64,000 nucleotides of DNA. Source: Leptospira sp. Lineage in GTDB: Bacteria; Spirochaetota; Leptospiria; Leptospirales; Leptospiraceae. The notes beneath the pieces were generated by a model that had not been told where the DNA came from, ran no database searches, and was given only the letters and a program-made list of their open reading frames with translations. Below, one piece after another: positions 19,432-30,025 of this stretch. Every line of letters starts with the position of its first letter. Within the stretch, counting starts at the first letter, position 1. Location: NCBI GenBank assembly GCA_034439575.1, contig JAWXAQ010000033.1, positions 32,001-96,000 of the forward strand, in the 5' to 3' direction. Position numbers and translations under genes: made by a program.

Positions 19432-20544
19432 TCAATCGGCGTTCATGAATTTTTTCCACCATCTTTCCATTAAATTGGGTTCACGGATTTTAACTAATTG
19501 TCCAAATTTTGGTGTAAGTAAATCAATTTTATAAATTTCTACCTGTTTCTCCAAAGATTCTGCTGGTTCATACCAACTATGCAAAGAAAGGTTAAACATA
19601 CCCCAATGAACAGGCACTAGGCGTTTTCCTTTTAAATCCATATGTGCTTTTGCAGTTTGTTCAGGTAATACGTGTACGGCTTCCCACATCGGATTGTACT
19701 GACCATTTTCAATAAATGTTAAGTCAAATGGTCCATACTTATCGCCAATGTCTTTGAAGTGGACATCGTATCCAGAGTCGCCACTAAAATAAAATCTCTC
19801 CTTCTCTCCAATGATAGTCCAAGAAGCCCATAGAGTTTTATTGCCGTTCATTCCTCGCCTTCCAGAAAAATGTTGTGCGGGTGTGCATACAATTTTGACC
19901 TTTCCAAAATCTATACTTTGCCACCAATCGAGTTCCGTTAGGCGTTCTTCAGATACACCCCATTCTTTTATATGAGAAGTGACACCCAGGGGTGTGATAA
20001 ATTTTGTATTTGTGTTTTTAAAAAATTCAATCGTCTGCATATCGAGATGATCGTAATGATCATGTGAGATGATGATATAATCGATCGCTGGCAATTCTTC
20101 CAATTTCACAACGGCATCTTGGAACCTTTTGATCATAAAACTAAAGGGAGCCGCAGAAGATGAAAATACAGGATCAAAAAATAAAATCTTTCCTTCAATG
20201 TTAACAAGAAAACTGGAATGCCCAAACCAAATAAATTTTATGCTTTCGTCTGGTTTTAAAAACTCTACGAAATCTGGTTTTTCTTCTGGTAATTTGACAG
20301 AAGGTTTTTGGTTTTTATCGCCACCAAACAAGAATTTGAAAGTTAAAGAAAAGAAATTTTGACCTTCACGCATTTTCTCTAAAACGTCGGGTCTACGGTT
20401 TACGAATTGTACTCTATCTTGGTCAAAATGAGTTGAAGTTTTTATTTTTTCAAAATGATCGCCTTGCGGATCTTTCCCAAAAGCTCTGCATTGGAATTGT
20501 ATACCTGTAAAAAATAATAAAATAGATAGAGTCAGTCGTTTCAA
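19432..20544 (-). CDS. MBL-fold metallo-hydrolase (RomA/NAPE-PLD-like), probable lipoprotein
   Basis: WFGHSS, ISHDHYDHLD, PAQHFSGR, YFSGDSGY, PVHWG; leader ends in Cys. Confidence 0.9.
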   Translation of the reverse strand: MKRLTLSILLFFTGIQFQCRAFGKDPQGDHFEKIKTSTHFDQDRVQFVNRRPDVLEKMREGQNFFSLTFKFLFGGDKNQKPSVKLPEEKPDFVEFLKPDESIKFIWFGHSSFLVNIEGKILFFDPVFSSSAAPFSFMIKRFQDAVVKLEELPAIDYIIISHDHYDHLDMQTIEFFKNTNTKFITPLGVTSHIKEWGVSEERLTELDWWQSIDFGKVKIVCTPAQHFSGRRGMNGNKTLWASWTIIGEKERFYFSGDSGYDVHFKDIGDKYGPFDLTFIENGQYNPMWEAVHVLPEQTAKAHMDLKGKRLVPVHWGMFNLSLHSWYEPAESLEKQVEIYKIDLLTPKFGQLVKIREPNLMERWWKKFMNAD

Positions 20545-20618
20545 AATATTCCGTCCGATTTGTAATGAAATTTAGACTCATTTGAACCCTAGTTTAGTCA
20601 ATGGAAATTATTTCTTTT

Positions 20619-20723
20619 GCGGCAGGGACCCTAGCGGAAATCCTCCAACGTTAGTTGGAGATTGTAGCGGAGGGCCCGGTCGGTCTGAGATAGAATGCTA
20701 AAATAGGAATCATTGCGAGCCGC
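20619..20723. repeat. GC-rich nested-hairpin intergenic element (REP/MITE-like or ncRNA)
   Basis: GCGGC...GCCGC outer stem, GGGACCCT/AGGGCCC middle stem, CTCCAAC-GTTA-GTTGGAG inner hairpin, AGCGGA repeated on both arms. Confidence 0.6.
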
Positions 20724-20752
20724 CCAGAGTGAATTGAAAATGAATGTTCAAT

Positions 20753-21277
20753 CTAATTTAAGGTCTTTGAGTTTTTGTTTATAGATTCTGGATTAATTTC
20801 TTTTTCGATTGGGATTTCTGATTGGAAAATGGACATGTTGATTTGTGATCGATTTTCTTTTTTTCGTCTATTTTCGGAAATGGACTTAATAGCATAACCT
20901 AATATAACTAAGGTGAGGCAAGTGAGTAAAAGTTCCAAGGGCAAAGTGGGATCGACAAATATAAAATAGGAACCGACAAGAATAAAAGTTTTTGACAAGA
21001 ACCAAAATAAAAACCGTTCCCCTAAAAAACTAAGGATGCCTGTCTTGCGAATGGATTCGTTAAAACGATAGATACCAACACCAATCACTGGCAATTTAAA
21101 AAGTATAGCTGAAAGTCCAAGAAGAAGTCCAACAAAGAAGAGTAAGGTGAGAAAGGCAAATATACCGTTCCAATAAAAAATAAACTTAGCAAAAGGGATA
21201 AGGGCCATTTCCCAAGAAAGACCAACGAATAAAATTTGGGTTAAAAAAATGATGAAGGCAATATAAAAACTAAACAT
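20753..21277 (-). CDS. Hypothetical membrane protein
   Basis: About 4 hydrophobic segments and a charged C-terminal tail. Confidence 0.7.
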   Translation of the reverse strand: MFSFYIAFIIFLTQILFVGLSWEMALIPFAKFIFYWNGIFAFLTLLFFVGLLLGLSAILFKLPVIGVGIYRFNESIRKTGILSFLGERFLFWFLSKTFILVGSYFIFVDPTLPLELLLTCLTLVILGYAIKSISENRRKKENRSQINMSIFQSEIPIEKEINPESINKNSKTLN

Positions 21278-21295
21278 AAGCCACCTATAAAAAAA

Positions 21296-22078
21296 TTATC
21301 TTTTTCTTCTTACATAGGCAGGATCTATTCCTGGAAGTGGTTCTGCAAGTTCATTTGTAATGGGCCCATTCAATACGTTTGTATAAACTCCGTCACCCAC
21401 AAGGACTTTGAAATGATTGTCCCAATGCATCTTTTGGTATTTCTCTCGGTCTTTGGTAAAGGCACTTTCAATTTCTGCATTCAATTGATCAAAGTCCATA
21501 TTTTCTATTGGTCGCTTCATTTCTGCTTCATGTAACAATCCCAAAAATACCACAAACCTTCCTGCGTGTTTTAAAATTTTTAAGGCAAACAACATTTCCC
21601 GTAATTTTAATAAATATAATTGAGGACGAATATTGCGGGCAAAGGTTAACTTTTGTTCAGCTTCGGCTAGATCTCTAAACCCAAGTCTTAACATAACCTT
21701 GGTTTGGGTTTGTTCGTTGTCTCTCGAGATACGACCAAGCCGATTTAATTCTGTTCGAAGTAACACAATGTTTTTTGAAATCATTTTGTCATAAAGAGGG
21801 ATGAGAAGACTTTGCGTATGTCTGAGTTGTTCATAAGAAACATCATCATTGCGACGCATGTTGAGTTCTAAGAATTCCAAATAATGCTGTAAACAGCGTT
21901 TGTATAATTTTTTGTCCTCTTGATCTCCTAAGTGAGAAATCGTCGAATCAAGACTTTTGATGATGAGTTGGTTCTCTTCCACACCAAATGCCACTTGCAA
22001 AACGGCTTTTGCCTGCAAGGGAAGTGAAAGTAGTAAAAAAAATAGTCCGTGTAGGGCGGAGAGTACAATAGTCCTCAT
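21296..22078 (-). CDS. Exported helical protein, OmpL37-family-like
   Basis: Signal peptide from MRTIV (ATG 22078); all-helical; LRLGFRDLAEAE resembles leptospiral OmpL37-type proteins (recalled, not searched). Confidence 0.55.
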   Translation of the reverse strand: MRTIVLSALHGLFFLLLSLPLQAKAVLQVAFGVEENQLIIKSLDSTISHLGDQEDKKLYKRCLQHYLEFLELNMRRNDDVSYEQLRHTQSLLIPLYDKMISKNIVLLRTELNRLGRISRDNEQTQTKVMLRLGFRDLAEAEQKLTFARNIRPQLYLLKLREMLFALKILKHAGRFVVFLGLLHEAEMKRPIENMDFDQLNAEIESAFTKDREKYQKMHWDNHFKVLVGDGVYTNVLNGPITNELAEPLPGIDPAYVRRKR

Positions 22079-22216
22079 GTCTTTACTCTCATTCTTTATT
22101 TTTCGGTTTACTTTCAAATGAAATGAAATAAATAATAATAGGTTCTTTTTAAATGAATTATGTCCGAATATTCTATTAAGCTATTTTTATTTTTGGAAAT
22201 TTATAGGAGAAATTAG

Positions 22217-22531
22217 GTGAGTGTGAGTGATAGGCAATTGGAATTGATAAAGGAGGCAGCGGAAATCTTAATTTCTGAAACTCGTTTAACAAAAGAGGAG
22301 GCGATAGGCTTAATATCAAATTCGATCAAAAAGGAATTGGTAAGAAGAGGGACTACCTTGGAAGCATTAAACATTAGCCCTAAACCTGATCGAACCTCAT
22401 ACATTCGTGCAGTGGTGCAACATGTGCACGAAGGGATCCAAACAAATCCTCTCTGGCGCACACGCCATATTGATAAACTTATAGAAAGATTTTATAAAGT
22501 ATTACATGATTCTTGGCAAAGAGAGAATTAA
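22217..22531 (+). CDS. Hypothetical protein
   Basis: 104-aa ORF with an AGGAG RBS upstream of the GTG start. Confidence 0.7.
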   Translation: MSVSDRQLELIKEAAEILISETRLTKEEAIGLISNSIKKELVRRGTTLEALNISPKPDRTSYIRAVVQHVHEGIQTNPLWRTRHIDKLIERFYKVLHDSWQREN

Positions 22532-22577
22532 ATCCTTTGCATCAAATTCATAAAAAAATTTCAAAATTGTTAAATAT

Positions 22578-23969
22578 GTGAATAAAACTCATAAAGAACA
22601 TATTAAAGATTCAAGAGGTGCTAATATTGCACGTATCATATTTAGCTTTATATTTTTAGGATCTTTTTTGCTGAATGGGTATCCTCTTATGGCGGCCCTT
22701 TCTGGTTTGCACATCATAACATCTATTACTTGGCTCTGGATCATAGAAAAAAAATATTCATTGTATGATGAAAATCCTAGGTTTTGGTACTTTCCTGCTA
22801 GTTTGGATTTAATCATCATCAATGCTTCTGTTTATGTGACAGGAGTAGCTTATTCGCCTGCCATTCTTGGTTATGTGATCGTGACGGCTTTTAGTTCTAC
22901 AGATATAAATCAAAATCGCGGAAGTTTCGCCACTTATTTAAGCGTAATTACGTTCGTTGCTTTGAATACTTTAGTATATTCTGAAATCATTCCCATTACA
23001 AATATTGTATCTGATTCAATTTTTAAAATTACTACATTTTCTTATATATTATCTAGTTTACTTTTATTCGTTGTTTGTGTTGTGACAAATAAAGTCATTT
23101 CATCCATTTATTTGCAGTTAAATGAAAAGAATTTAAAATTAAGCGAAAGTTTGGAAAAAATAAATGAATTGAAATTGCAGCAAGATGGAGACTATTATCT
23201 GACTTCATTATTACTTGAGCCATTGGCATCTAACCAAACAGAGAGTAAACGAATCAAGATTGAATTTAGCATTCGGCAATACAAACGGTTTATATTTCGC
23301 GATTTTATGAATGAACTTGGTGGAGATATCTGTCTCGCTGATACAATTAGCATCAATCAAAAACGATTCTCTATCATTGTCAATGGGGATGCGATGGGCA
23401 AATCCATGCAAGGTGCTGGCGGTGCCCTTGTGCTTGGTGTCGTATTAAAATCTATCATCACTCGCACACAACTCATTGCAGAAGAAAAAGATGTAACACC
23501 AATGATTTGGCTTGAACGCTGTTTTAAAGAACTGAACCAGGTATTTTTTTCTTTCGAAGGATATATGTTAGTTTCTGTTTTCATCGGTTTACTCGAAGAA
23601 GAGACTGGAAAACTCTATTTTGTCAATGCCGAACATCCAAGTGCCGTACTACTTCGAGATGGCAAGGCTAGTTTTGTACAAAATGACCTAAGAACAAGAA
23701 AGATTGGCACACTGGGAGAAGGACAAAACGTAAAGGTGGAAAACTTCCAAATGTTATCAGGGGATGTTCTTTTTATTGGATCGGATGGCAAAGATGATTT
23801 AGTGGTTGGTATCCAAGAGAGTGGGGAAAGAAAGATCGCGCATGAAGAGGAAATTTTTATGGACCTCATTGAGAAGTTCAGTGGGGATCTAGAAAAAGTA
23901 GTCAATGATATCCATAACCATTTTGAATTGACCGATGATTTTTCAGTTATTAAGATTAGTTTTACTTAA
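22578..23969 (+). CDS. Membrane-anchored SpoIIE/PP2C phosphatase
   Basis: N-terminal TM helices, QQDGDYYLTSLL, GGDI, GDAMGKSMQGA, NAEHP, GSDGKDD, DD. Confidence 0.88.
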   Translation: MNKTHKEHIKDSRGANIARIIFSFIFLGSFLLNGYPLMAALSGLHIITSITWLWIIEKKYSLYDENPRFWYFPASLDLIIINASVYVTGVAYSPAILGYVIVTAFSSTDINQNRGSFATYLSVITFVALNTLVYSEIIPITNIVSDSIFKITTFSYILSSLLLFVVCVVTNKVISSIYLQLNEKNLKLSESLEKINELKLQQDGDYYLTSLLLEPLASNQTESKRIKIEFSIRQYKRFIFRDFMNELGGDICLADTISINQKRFSIIVNGDAMGKSMQGAGGALVLGVVLKSIITRTQLIAEEKDVTPMIWLERCFKELNQVFFSFEGYMLVSVFIGLLEEETGKLYFVNAEHPSAVLLRDGKASFVQNDLRTRKIGTLGEGQNVKVENFQMLSGDVLFIGSDGKDDLVVGIQESGERKIAHEEEIFMDLIEKFSGDLEKVVNDIHNHFELTDDFSVIKISFT

Positions 23970-24063
23970 GATTCTCTTTCCGATTTAGAAAACAACTCGC
24001 CAAAAAAAACAAAGAAAAGTAAATCTATTATTTTTGTATATAGAATGAAAAAAGGAGTCATTA

Positions 24064-25359
24064 ATGTTTCGAAAACTAAAACCTAAGTTGATAGCCATCA
24101 TCTTATTTACGTTCTTACCATACCTCTTGTTTGCTGATGAAATTCCCAAGGAAGAGCCAGTTACACCTAGCTTAGATAAAGCGGATACCGTTTGGATGCT
24201 TGTCTCTTCAGCTCTCGTATTCTTTATGATTCCAGGCTTGGCATTGTTTTACGGCGGTATCGTTAAATCAAAAAACGTTCTCTCGACCATGATGCATAGT
24301 TTTATCGCGATTATAGTCATGACATTGCAGTGGACTGTCATTGGGTATAGTTTTGCCTTTTCTGGTACAAATCCATATTTTGGAAATTTAGATTTAGCTT
24401 TTCTACATGGAATGGATATGGACACATTAGAAATTACCATTCCCAAATATGTACATTTTCTATTTCAAGGTATGTTCGCACTCATTACCCCTGCTTTGAT
24501 ATCAGGTGCCATTGCGGAAAGAGTGAAGCTATCAGGTTATGTTATTTTTATTTTATTGTGGTCGACTTTGGTTTATGATCCAGTCGCACATTGGGTTTGG
24601 GCGGCTGATGGTTGGTTATTCAAATTAGGAGCCTTGGACTTTGCAGGTGGGACCGTAGTACACTTGATATCTGGTATTGCAGGACTTGCTTGTGCACTCG
24701 TGATCGGTAAAAGAAAAGGTGATGTAGGTTCCTTGACTCATCCAAATAACATGACTTATACCTTACTTGGATCTGGTTTATTATGGTTTGGTTGGTTTGG
24801 ATTTAACGCAGGTAGTGGACTCGCAGTCAATGGGCTCGCAGCGAGAGCATTTGTCGTAACACTCATTGCCCCTGCAGCTGCTGGTGCTTCTTGGTTACTT
24901 ATAGAATACTTTCATACTAAAAAATCAACTGCACTAGGTGCGGCCTCGGGAATCGTAGCAGGACTTGTGGTGATCACTCCTGCTTCGGGCTTTGTCGGAG
25001 TCGAGGGTGCATTGATTATGGGCATTCTCGTATCACCTATTTGTTATTTGGCGATATTTTTAAAAGGGAAATTGGACTATGATGATACGCTCGATGCATT
25101 TGGAATTCACGGAGTAGGTGGTGCTTTCGGTGCTATTCTAACAGGTGTTTTTGCAATATCTTTGGCAGAAGGAATGACTAGAGGCAATCAAATTTATGTG
25201 CAAGTGATTAGCGTATTAGCGACAGCGGCATATTCGTTTTTTGTTTCTTATATTCTGGCTCTTGTCATTGAAAAAACAATAGGATTTCGCATTGATGAAG
25301 AGAAAGAAATCTCTGGTCTCGACCAAGAAATACATGGCGAGAAGGGATATGATATTTAA
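24064..25359 (+). CDS. amtB: Ammonium transporter
   Basis: MIPGLALFYGG, FQGMFA, DFAGGTVVH, LWFGWFGFN, DDTLDAFGIHG. Confidence 0.96.
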   Translation: MFRKLKPKLIAIILFTFLPYLLFADEIPKEEPVTPSLDKADTVWMLVSSALVFFMIPGLALFYGGIVKSKNVLSTMMHSFIAIIVMTLQWTVIGYSFAFSGTNPYFGNLDLAFLHGMDMDTLEITIPKYVHFLFQGMFALITPALISGAIAERVKLSGYVIFILLWSTLVYDPVAHWVWAADGWLFKLGALDFAGGTVVHLISGIAGLACALVIGKRKGDVGSLTHPNNMTYTLLGSGLLWFGWFGFNAGSGLAVNGLAARAFVVTLIAPAAAGASWLLIEYFHTKKSTALGAASGIVAGLVVITPASGFVGVEGALIMGILVSPICYLAIFLKGKLDYDDTLDAFGIHGVGGAFGAILTGVFAISLAEGMTRGNQIYVQVISVLATAAYSFFVSYILALVIEKTIGFRIDEEKEISGLDQEIHGEKGYDI

Positions 25360-25370
25360 AGGAGTTTATT

Positions 25371-25715
25371 ATGAAATTAATAGTAGCAATCATTCAGCCG
25401 CATAAATTGGAAGAAGTAAAAAACGAATTAACTAAAAATGAAATTTATCGTCTAACGGTAAGTGATGTTCAAGGTTATGGACAACAAAAAGGTAAAACAG
25501 AAGTGTTTCGTGGACATGAATACACTGTGAATCTTTTACGCAAAGTTCGGCTTGAAATCGCAGTGAATGACGAATTCGTTAAACCAACGATAGACGCCAT
25601 ATTAAAAGCGGCAAAATCAGGTGAGGGGAAAATTGGCGATGGAAAAATATTTGTTTTACCAGTGGAAGAAGTAATTCGAATCCGCAGTGGGGAACGAGGA
25701 AGCAAGGCCATTTAG
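25371..25715 (+). CDS. glnK: P-II nitrogen regulator
   Basis: GYGQQKG, FRGHEY T-loop, GKIGDGKIFV; directly downstream of amtB. Confidence 0.92.
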   Translation: MKLIVAIIQPHKLEEVKNELTKNEIYRLTVSDVQGYGQQKGKTEVFRGHEYTVNLLRKVRLEIAVNDEFVKPTIDAILKAAKSGEGKIGDGKIFVLPVEEVIRIRSGERGSKAI

Positions 25716-25728
25716 TTTATTTAGCATA

Positions 25729-25771
25729 TGTTTGGTTTCAGGTGGTGAGTTTTTTTCTCTGGGACCAAACA
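25729..25771 (+). terminator. Stem-loop downstream of glnK
   Basis: TGTTTGGTTTCAG pairs with CTGGGACCAAACA (two GU pairs), 17-nt loop; no strong U-tract. Confidence 0.4.
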
Positions 25772-25894
25772 CAATCCTCTCTCTGTAATTGATTTTGCTA
25801 CTCCCCTTTCTTTTCGCTTAAATTATATCAACAAATTAAGAAAAGAAATCTTGATTTGGAGCCTCCTTAGCCAGAGAATGTTATCAAATTATTT

Positions 25895-26833
25895 ATGAAA
25901 TCATCAAACCAGTCTATGGTCCTAGTCCAATCCCTTTCCAAATCCTATGATAATGGATTTGTTGCCTTAAAGGGGGTCAATTTAGAAATCAAGCCCGGTG
26001 AAATTTTGGCCTTACTTGGGCCGAATGGTGCAGGTAAAACTACCCTAATCTCTGTTATATGTGGGCTTGTCAATCCTACTAGCGGTAAAGTCTTAGTTGA
26101 TGGAAAAGATATTATTTCCGATTTTTTAGAAACGCGCAAGGCAATTGGACTGGTTCCTCAGGAACTGAGTGTTCACTCCTTTGAAACTGTTTGGGCTACG
26201 GTGAAATTCACTCGTGGACTTTTTGGCAAAACACCTAATGATTCGTATCTGAAAGAACTTTTGATTTCATTGTCTCTTTGGGAGAAAAAGGATCAAAAAA
26301 TTATCACTCTTTCTGGTGGTATGAAAAGGCGAGTACTGATTGCGAAAGCTCTGGCACATGAACCAAGAGTCCTTTTTCTGGATGAACCAACGGCTGGCGT
26401 GGATGTGGAACTTCGAAAAGATATGTGGCAAGTGGTTCGTAACTTACGCGAACAAGGCGTAACAATCATTTTAACAACACATTATATTGAAGAGGCGGAA
26501 GAGATTGCAGATCGCATTGGCATTATGAGCAAGGGTGAAATCATTCTCGTAGAAGAAAAAGATACCTTGATGAAAAAATTGGGCAAAAAGCAAATGAAAC
26601 TTCAACTAACAAAGAAGATCACAAAACTTCCTACTAGTTTAAAAAAATACGAATTGGAATTGAATGCTTCGGGTGAGCAAATCACTTATACTTACGATAC
26701 TTCCTCAGTCAAAAATAATATCACATCATTGTTAGATGATCTTAAAAAATCAAAAATCAATTTTAAAGATTTGGATACATCGCAGAGTTCATTGGAAGAA
26801 ATTTTTGTTTCACTGGTTCAGGAGAAAAAATGA
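25895..26833 (+). CDS. ABC-2 exporter ATP-binding protein (YadG-like)
   Basis: [37 protein letters not shown]. Confidence 0.92.
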   Translation: MKSSNQSMVLVQSLSKSYDNGFVALKGVNLEIKPGEILALLGPNGAGKTTLISVICGLVNPTSGKVLVDGKDIISDFLETRKAIGLVPQELSVHSFETVWATVKFTRGLFGKTPNDSYLKELLISLSLWEKKDQKIITLSGGMKRRVLIAKALAHEPRVLFLDEPTAGVDVELRKDMWQVVRNLREQGVTIILTTHYIEEAEEIADRIGIMSKGEIILVEEKDTLMKKLGKKQMKLQLTKKITKLPTSLKKYELELNASGEQITYTYDTSSVKNNITSLLDDLKKSKINFKDLDTSQSSLEEIFVSLVQEKK

Positions 26834-27591
26834 ACGTACAAGCTGTTAAATCAATTTATGTTTTTGAAATGATGAGGACTTGGCGCACTCTTATGCAAAG
26901 CATAGCTTCCCCTGTTATCTCAACTTCTTTATATTTTATCGTTTTCGGTTCGGCAATAGGTTCAAGAATACAAGAAGTGAGTGGAGTCGCCTATGGATCT
27001 TTTATAGTTCCAGGTCTTATCATGTTATCATTACTTACTGAGAGTATTGGCAATGCTTCTTTTGGAATATATTTTCCGAAGTTTACTGGTACGATCTATG
27101 AAATTTTATCGGCACCAGTGACAATGTTTGAAATCGTTTTTGGTTTTGTAGGAGCAGCCGCCACCAAATCGATGATACTCGGTTTAATCATGCTTGCCAC
27201 ATCATCTTTGTTTGTTCCCATTACTATCAAACATCCGATATATATGCTGATGTTTTTGATTCTTACATGTATTTCATTCAGTTTATTCGGTTTTATCATT
27301 GGGATCTGGGCTGATAGTTTTGAAAAATTACAAGTCATTCCCATGTTGGTAATCACACCTTTGGTATTTCTGGGAGGTAGCTTTTATTCAGCAAGTATGT
27401 TGCCTCCGTTTTGGCAAAAGGTTTGTATGCTTAATCCCGTCTTATATCTTGTTAGTGGATTTCGATGGAGTTTTTATGAGATATCTGATGTTAGTATCGG
27501 AGTGAGTCTCTCTTTTATCTTTTTCTTCTTATCATTGTGCATATTTATTGTTTGGTTAATGTTTAAAACTGGTTATAAATTGAAGAAATAA
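26830..27591 (+). CDS. ABC-2 exporter permease (YadH-like)
   Basis: Six TM helices, [34 protein letters not shown] overlap. Confidence 0.9.
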   Translation: MNVQAVKSIYVFEMMRTWRTLMQSIASPVISTSLYFIVFGSAIGSRIQEVSGVAYGSFIVPGLIMLSLLTESIGNASFGIYFPKFTGTIYEILSAPVTMFEIVFGFVGAAATKSMILGLIMLATSSLFVPITIKHPIYMLMFLILTCISFSLFGFIIGIWADSFEKLQVIPMLVITPLVFLGGSFYSASMLPPFWQKVCMLNPVLYLVSGFRWSFYEISDVSIGVSLSFIFFFLSLCIFIVWLMFKTGYKLKK

Positions 27592-27612
27592 ATGATTTTT
27601 TAGTTTGAAAAT

Positions 27613-28620
27613 TCATAGAAGACTGCGGAGGAATTCGTAGTCTTTCATACCTCTTCTTTTTTCCAAGGCATGAATTTGATTGCAGATTTTTTCATTTATT
27701 GGCGTAGGCAATCCGACTTTTTTTCCCATTTCAACGACGATTCCATTGAGATGATCAATTTCTGTTTCGCGTCCATGATCTAAATCTTGGACCATAGAAG
27801 TTCTGATTTTATAATACTTTAATCCGAGAAAGATCAATATGATGTGACGCAAAAAAAGTGGTAGTGATCTTTGACCATCAGCTAATTTTGATACGGCGAT
27901 ACTTCCAGGAACTACTTCTTCTTTGATTTCATATTTTTCCATTAAAGAACGAATCTCATTTAATAACTTGAGACTCACTCTTCTTCCCACTGTATTTAAC
28001 AAAAGTTCACCCAAGGAATATAGACAACTACCTGCGAGGCCATTGATAACACAATTGATGCCTAGTTTTTGCCACCTATAGCCTGTTAAATTATTTGTCA
28101 GAATTGTCGGTATAAAAGGCGAGAGCAATTGTTTCAAAATAACATTCGGACTTGTGCCATTTACTTCACCCAAAATTAAAAAACCACTATTTGATTGAAA
28201 ATAGGTTCCATCGGGAAGCTTTTGCGTATTCCATCCGACTACACCACCTATCATTCGTTCCTTGGGAATGTCCAATTTGTTTTCTGGGATGCCATTTTGA
28301 ATCAGGATCATTTTTCCCAGAGGGGAAAGTAAGGGTAAAGCCTTGAATACTGAATTTTCTAATTCTTGTGTTTTTGATCCTATAAAAATAAAATCAAATT
28401 TATCTTTTATTTCATCAATGCTTTGGGCTCTATTTTGGAACTCAAAATCTTCTGTTTTTTCTTTCGCATAACTAAATTTAAATTTTTGATTTTGAATCTC
28501 TTCTTTTCGAATCAAATTTCTTGCGATGATGATAAATGGGATTTGATTTTTTTCTAGGGCACGAGCAATGGTAAGGGTGATGGCACCGAAACCATAGATT
28601 CCAATTTTAATATTTGTCAT
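27613..28620 (-). CDS. Ketopantoate reductase family protein (PanE/ApbA)
   Basis: IQNG, WQKLGINCVIN, TSMVQDL..GRETEIDHLNG; the Rossmann motif is degenerate (GFGAIT). Confidence 0.82.
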   Translation of the reverse strand: MTNIKIGIYGFGAITLTIARALEKNQIPFIIIARNLIRKEEIQNQKFKFSYAKEKTEDFEFQNRAQSIDEIKDKFDFIFIGSKTQELENSVFKALPLLSPLGKMILIQNGIPENKLDIPKERMIGGVVGWNTQKLPDGTYFQSNSGFLILGEVNGTSPNVILKQLLSPFIPTILTNNLTGYRWQKLGINCVINGLAGSCLYSLGELLLNTVGRRVSLKLLNEIRSLMEKYEIKEEVVPGSIAVSKLADGQRSLPLFLRHIILIFLGLKYYKIRTSMVQDLDHGRETEIDHLNGIVVEMGKKVGLPTPINEKICNQIHALEKRRGMKDYEFLRSLL

Positions 28621-28675
28621 ATGAAAAATGAAATCTATGCAAGGCTAGATTTGAAATCAACATTTTAAAATCATA

Positions 28676-29830
28676 TTATGCGCCGGCAGAGCTTAGTTGC
28701 TTTACGACTTCTAAATTTTGTTCAAATCTACTTTTTTCAGAAAGGACTCGCGACTTGCCTGTAAATTCAAGACCTAGTACCAGTTCACCGTCATCATTCT
28801 TTTTTGTCCATGCGACTCTTACAAAAAAATGAAAAGGAGCTTGCATTTTAAAAAAGATATCTACTCCGAAACCTTTTTGTTTAGGTAAAGTATTTGTAAG
28901 ATTAGCATTGTTAACGATAAGTTTTAGTCCAGAAACGGAAACATCGACAACTGGAAATTTATCCTCAGTCGTCATTAAATTCGCGTCTTTGATTCTCTCT
29001 ATCATCTCCGCTGTAAGTGCAATGATTTCAGGGACTTTTTTTTGTGGAAGTTTTGTTTCTCTTGTTTGTATCCAAACATAACCGATAGGGATTTGTTCAT
29101 CAAGTTCGTTTATATAAACGATAGGATGTAAAAGTTCTGATAAAATTTGTTTGTTTTTATAGGCTTTGATAACCGGTGCTAATTGGTCGTCTACTTCTTC
29201 GGAATAATCTAAAAAATTAGGATCATCGGTGGTATAAGATTTTTCTTCATTACAATCAGGTATAAAAATCGGCTTTAATAATTTTTTGATAACTTCAAAT
29301 TCGCGACCAAGTTCACCATGAAAAACATCGATGATCACACTGGCATTGGGACCTAAATCAGCGGCAAGTTTTCTTTGGTATTCTTCAAAGTTAACGCGAA
29401 CTAATGTTGGGATATTAAACATATTTGCTTCGATGATGGTCTTTGAGCTAATGATGTTTGTGACTTTAACAAATCCTTCTTCGACTACTGGGTATCTCGG
29501 ATAGGATCGTTCCTTTTTAGCGATAGCAATTTTGTCGACTTTCATTTCTATTCGTTGTGCATCAATCATCTTGATAAAGCTGCAGTGGATTTCTATATAG
29601 CGTGCTAATACCACAGAAAGTTTAAGTTTCGGTTCAATGGCAAAATCCACAGGATTTGACATATCCAATATGATGTGATCTGTACCCGGAAGCACTTCCC
29701 TTATGATGCAGATTTGATCAAAACCTAATGTGTGTCCTTTTAATTCTCTATCCTTAAGATATTTAATGATGACATGATTTTTTTGTTCCTTATCTGCAAT
29801 GTGATCCATTGCTCGCGCATTCTTTTCCAT
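28676..29830 (-). CDS. DUF1577-like protein with PilZ-type motifs
   Basis: ERSYPR (RxxxR) and DVSVSG (DxSxxG) motifs, C-terminal GLEF; resembles a leptospiral family. Confidence 0.7.
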   Translation of the reverse strand: MEKNARAMDHIADKEQKNHVIIKYLKDRELKGHTLGFDQICIIREVLPGTDHIILDMSNPVDFAIEPKLKLSVVLARYIEIHCSFIKMIDAQRIEMKVDKIAIAKKERSYPRYPVVEEGFVKVTNIISSKTIIEANMFNIPTLVRVNFEEYQRKLAADLGPNASVIIDVFHGELGREFEVIKKLLKPIFIPDCNEEKSYTTDDPNFLDYSEEVDDQLAPVIKAYKNKQILSELLHPIVYINELDEQIPIGYVWIQTRETKLPQKKVPEIIALTAEMIERIKDANLMTTEDKFPVVDVSVSGLKLIVNNANLTNTLPKQKGFGVDIFFKMQAPFHFFVRVAWTKKNDDGELVLGLEFTGKSRVLSEKSRFEQNLEVVKQLSSAGA

Positions 29831-30025
29831 TTTCTATTTTTCCCAAACTATAGGAGATTTTATTTTTTCTTAAAGGTATTAACAACTCACCAAATTTATC
29901 TTATCACTTTATTGATTCAATAAATATAAGAAATATTTTGATCTATCTAAGGCAAGATTCAAATAATTCAATTAATTTTTCGCTTTCTTTTCCTTACTCA
30001 TCTGTTTCAATTTTAAGGAAACCCC

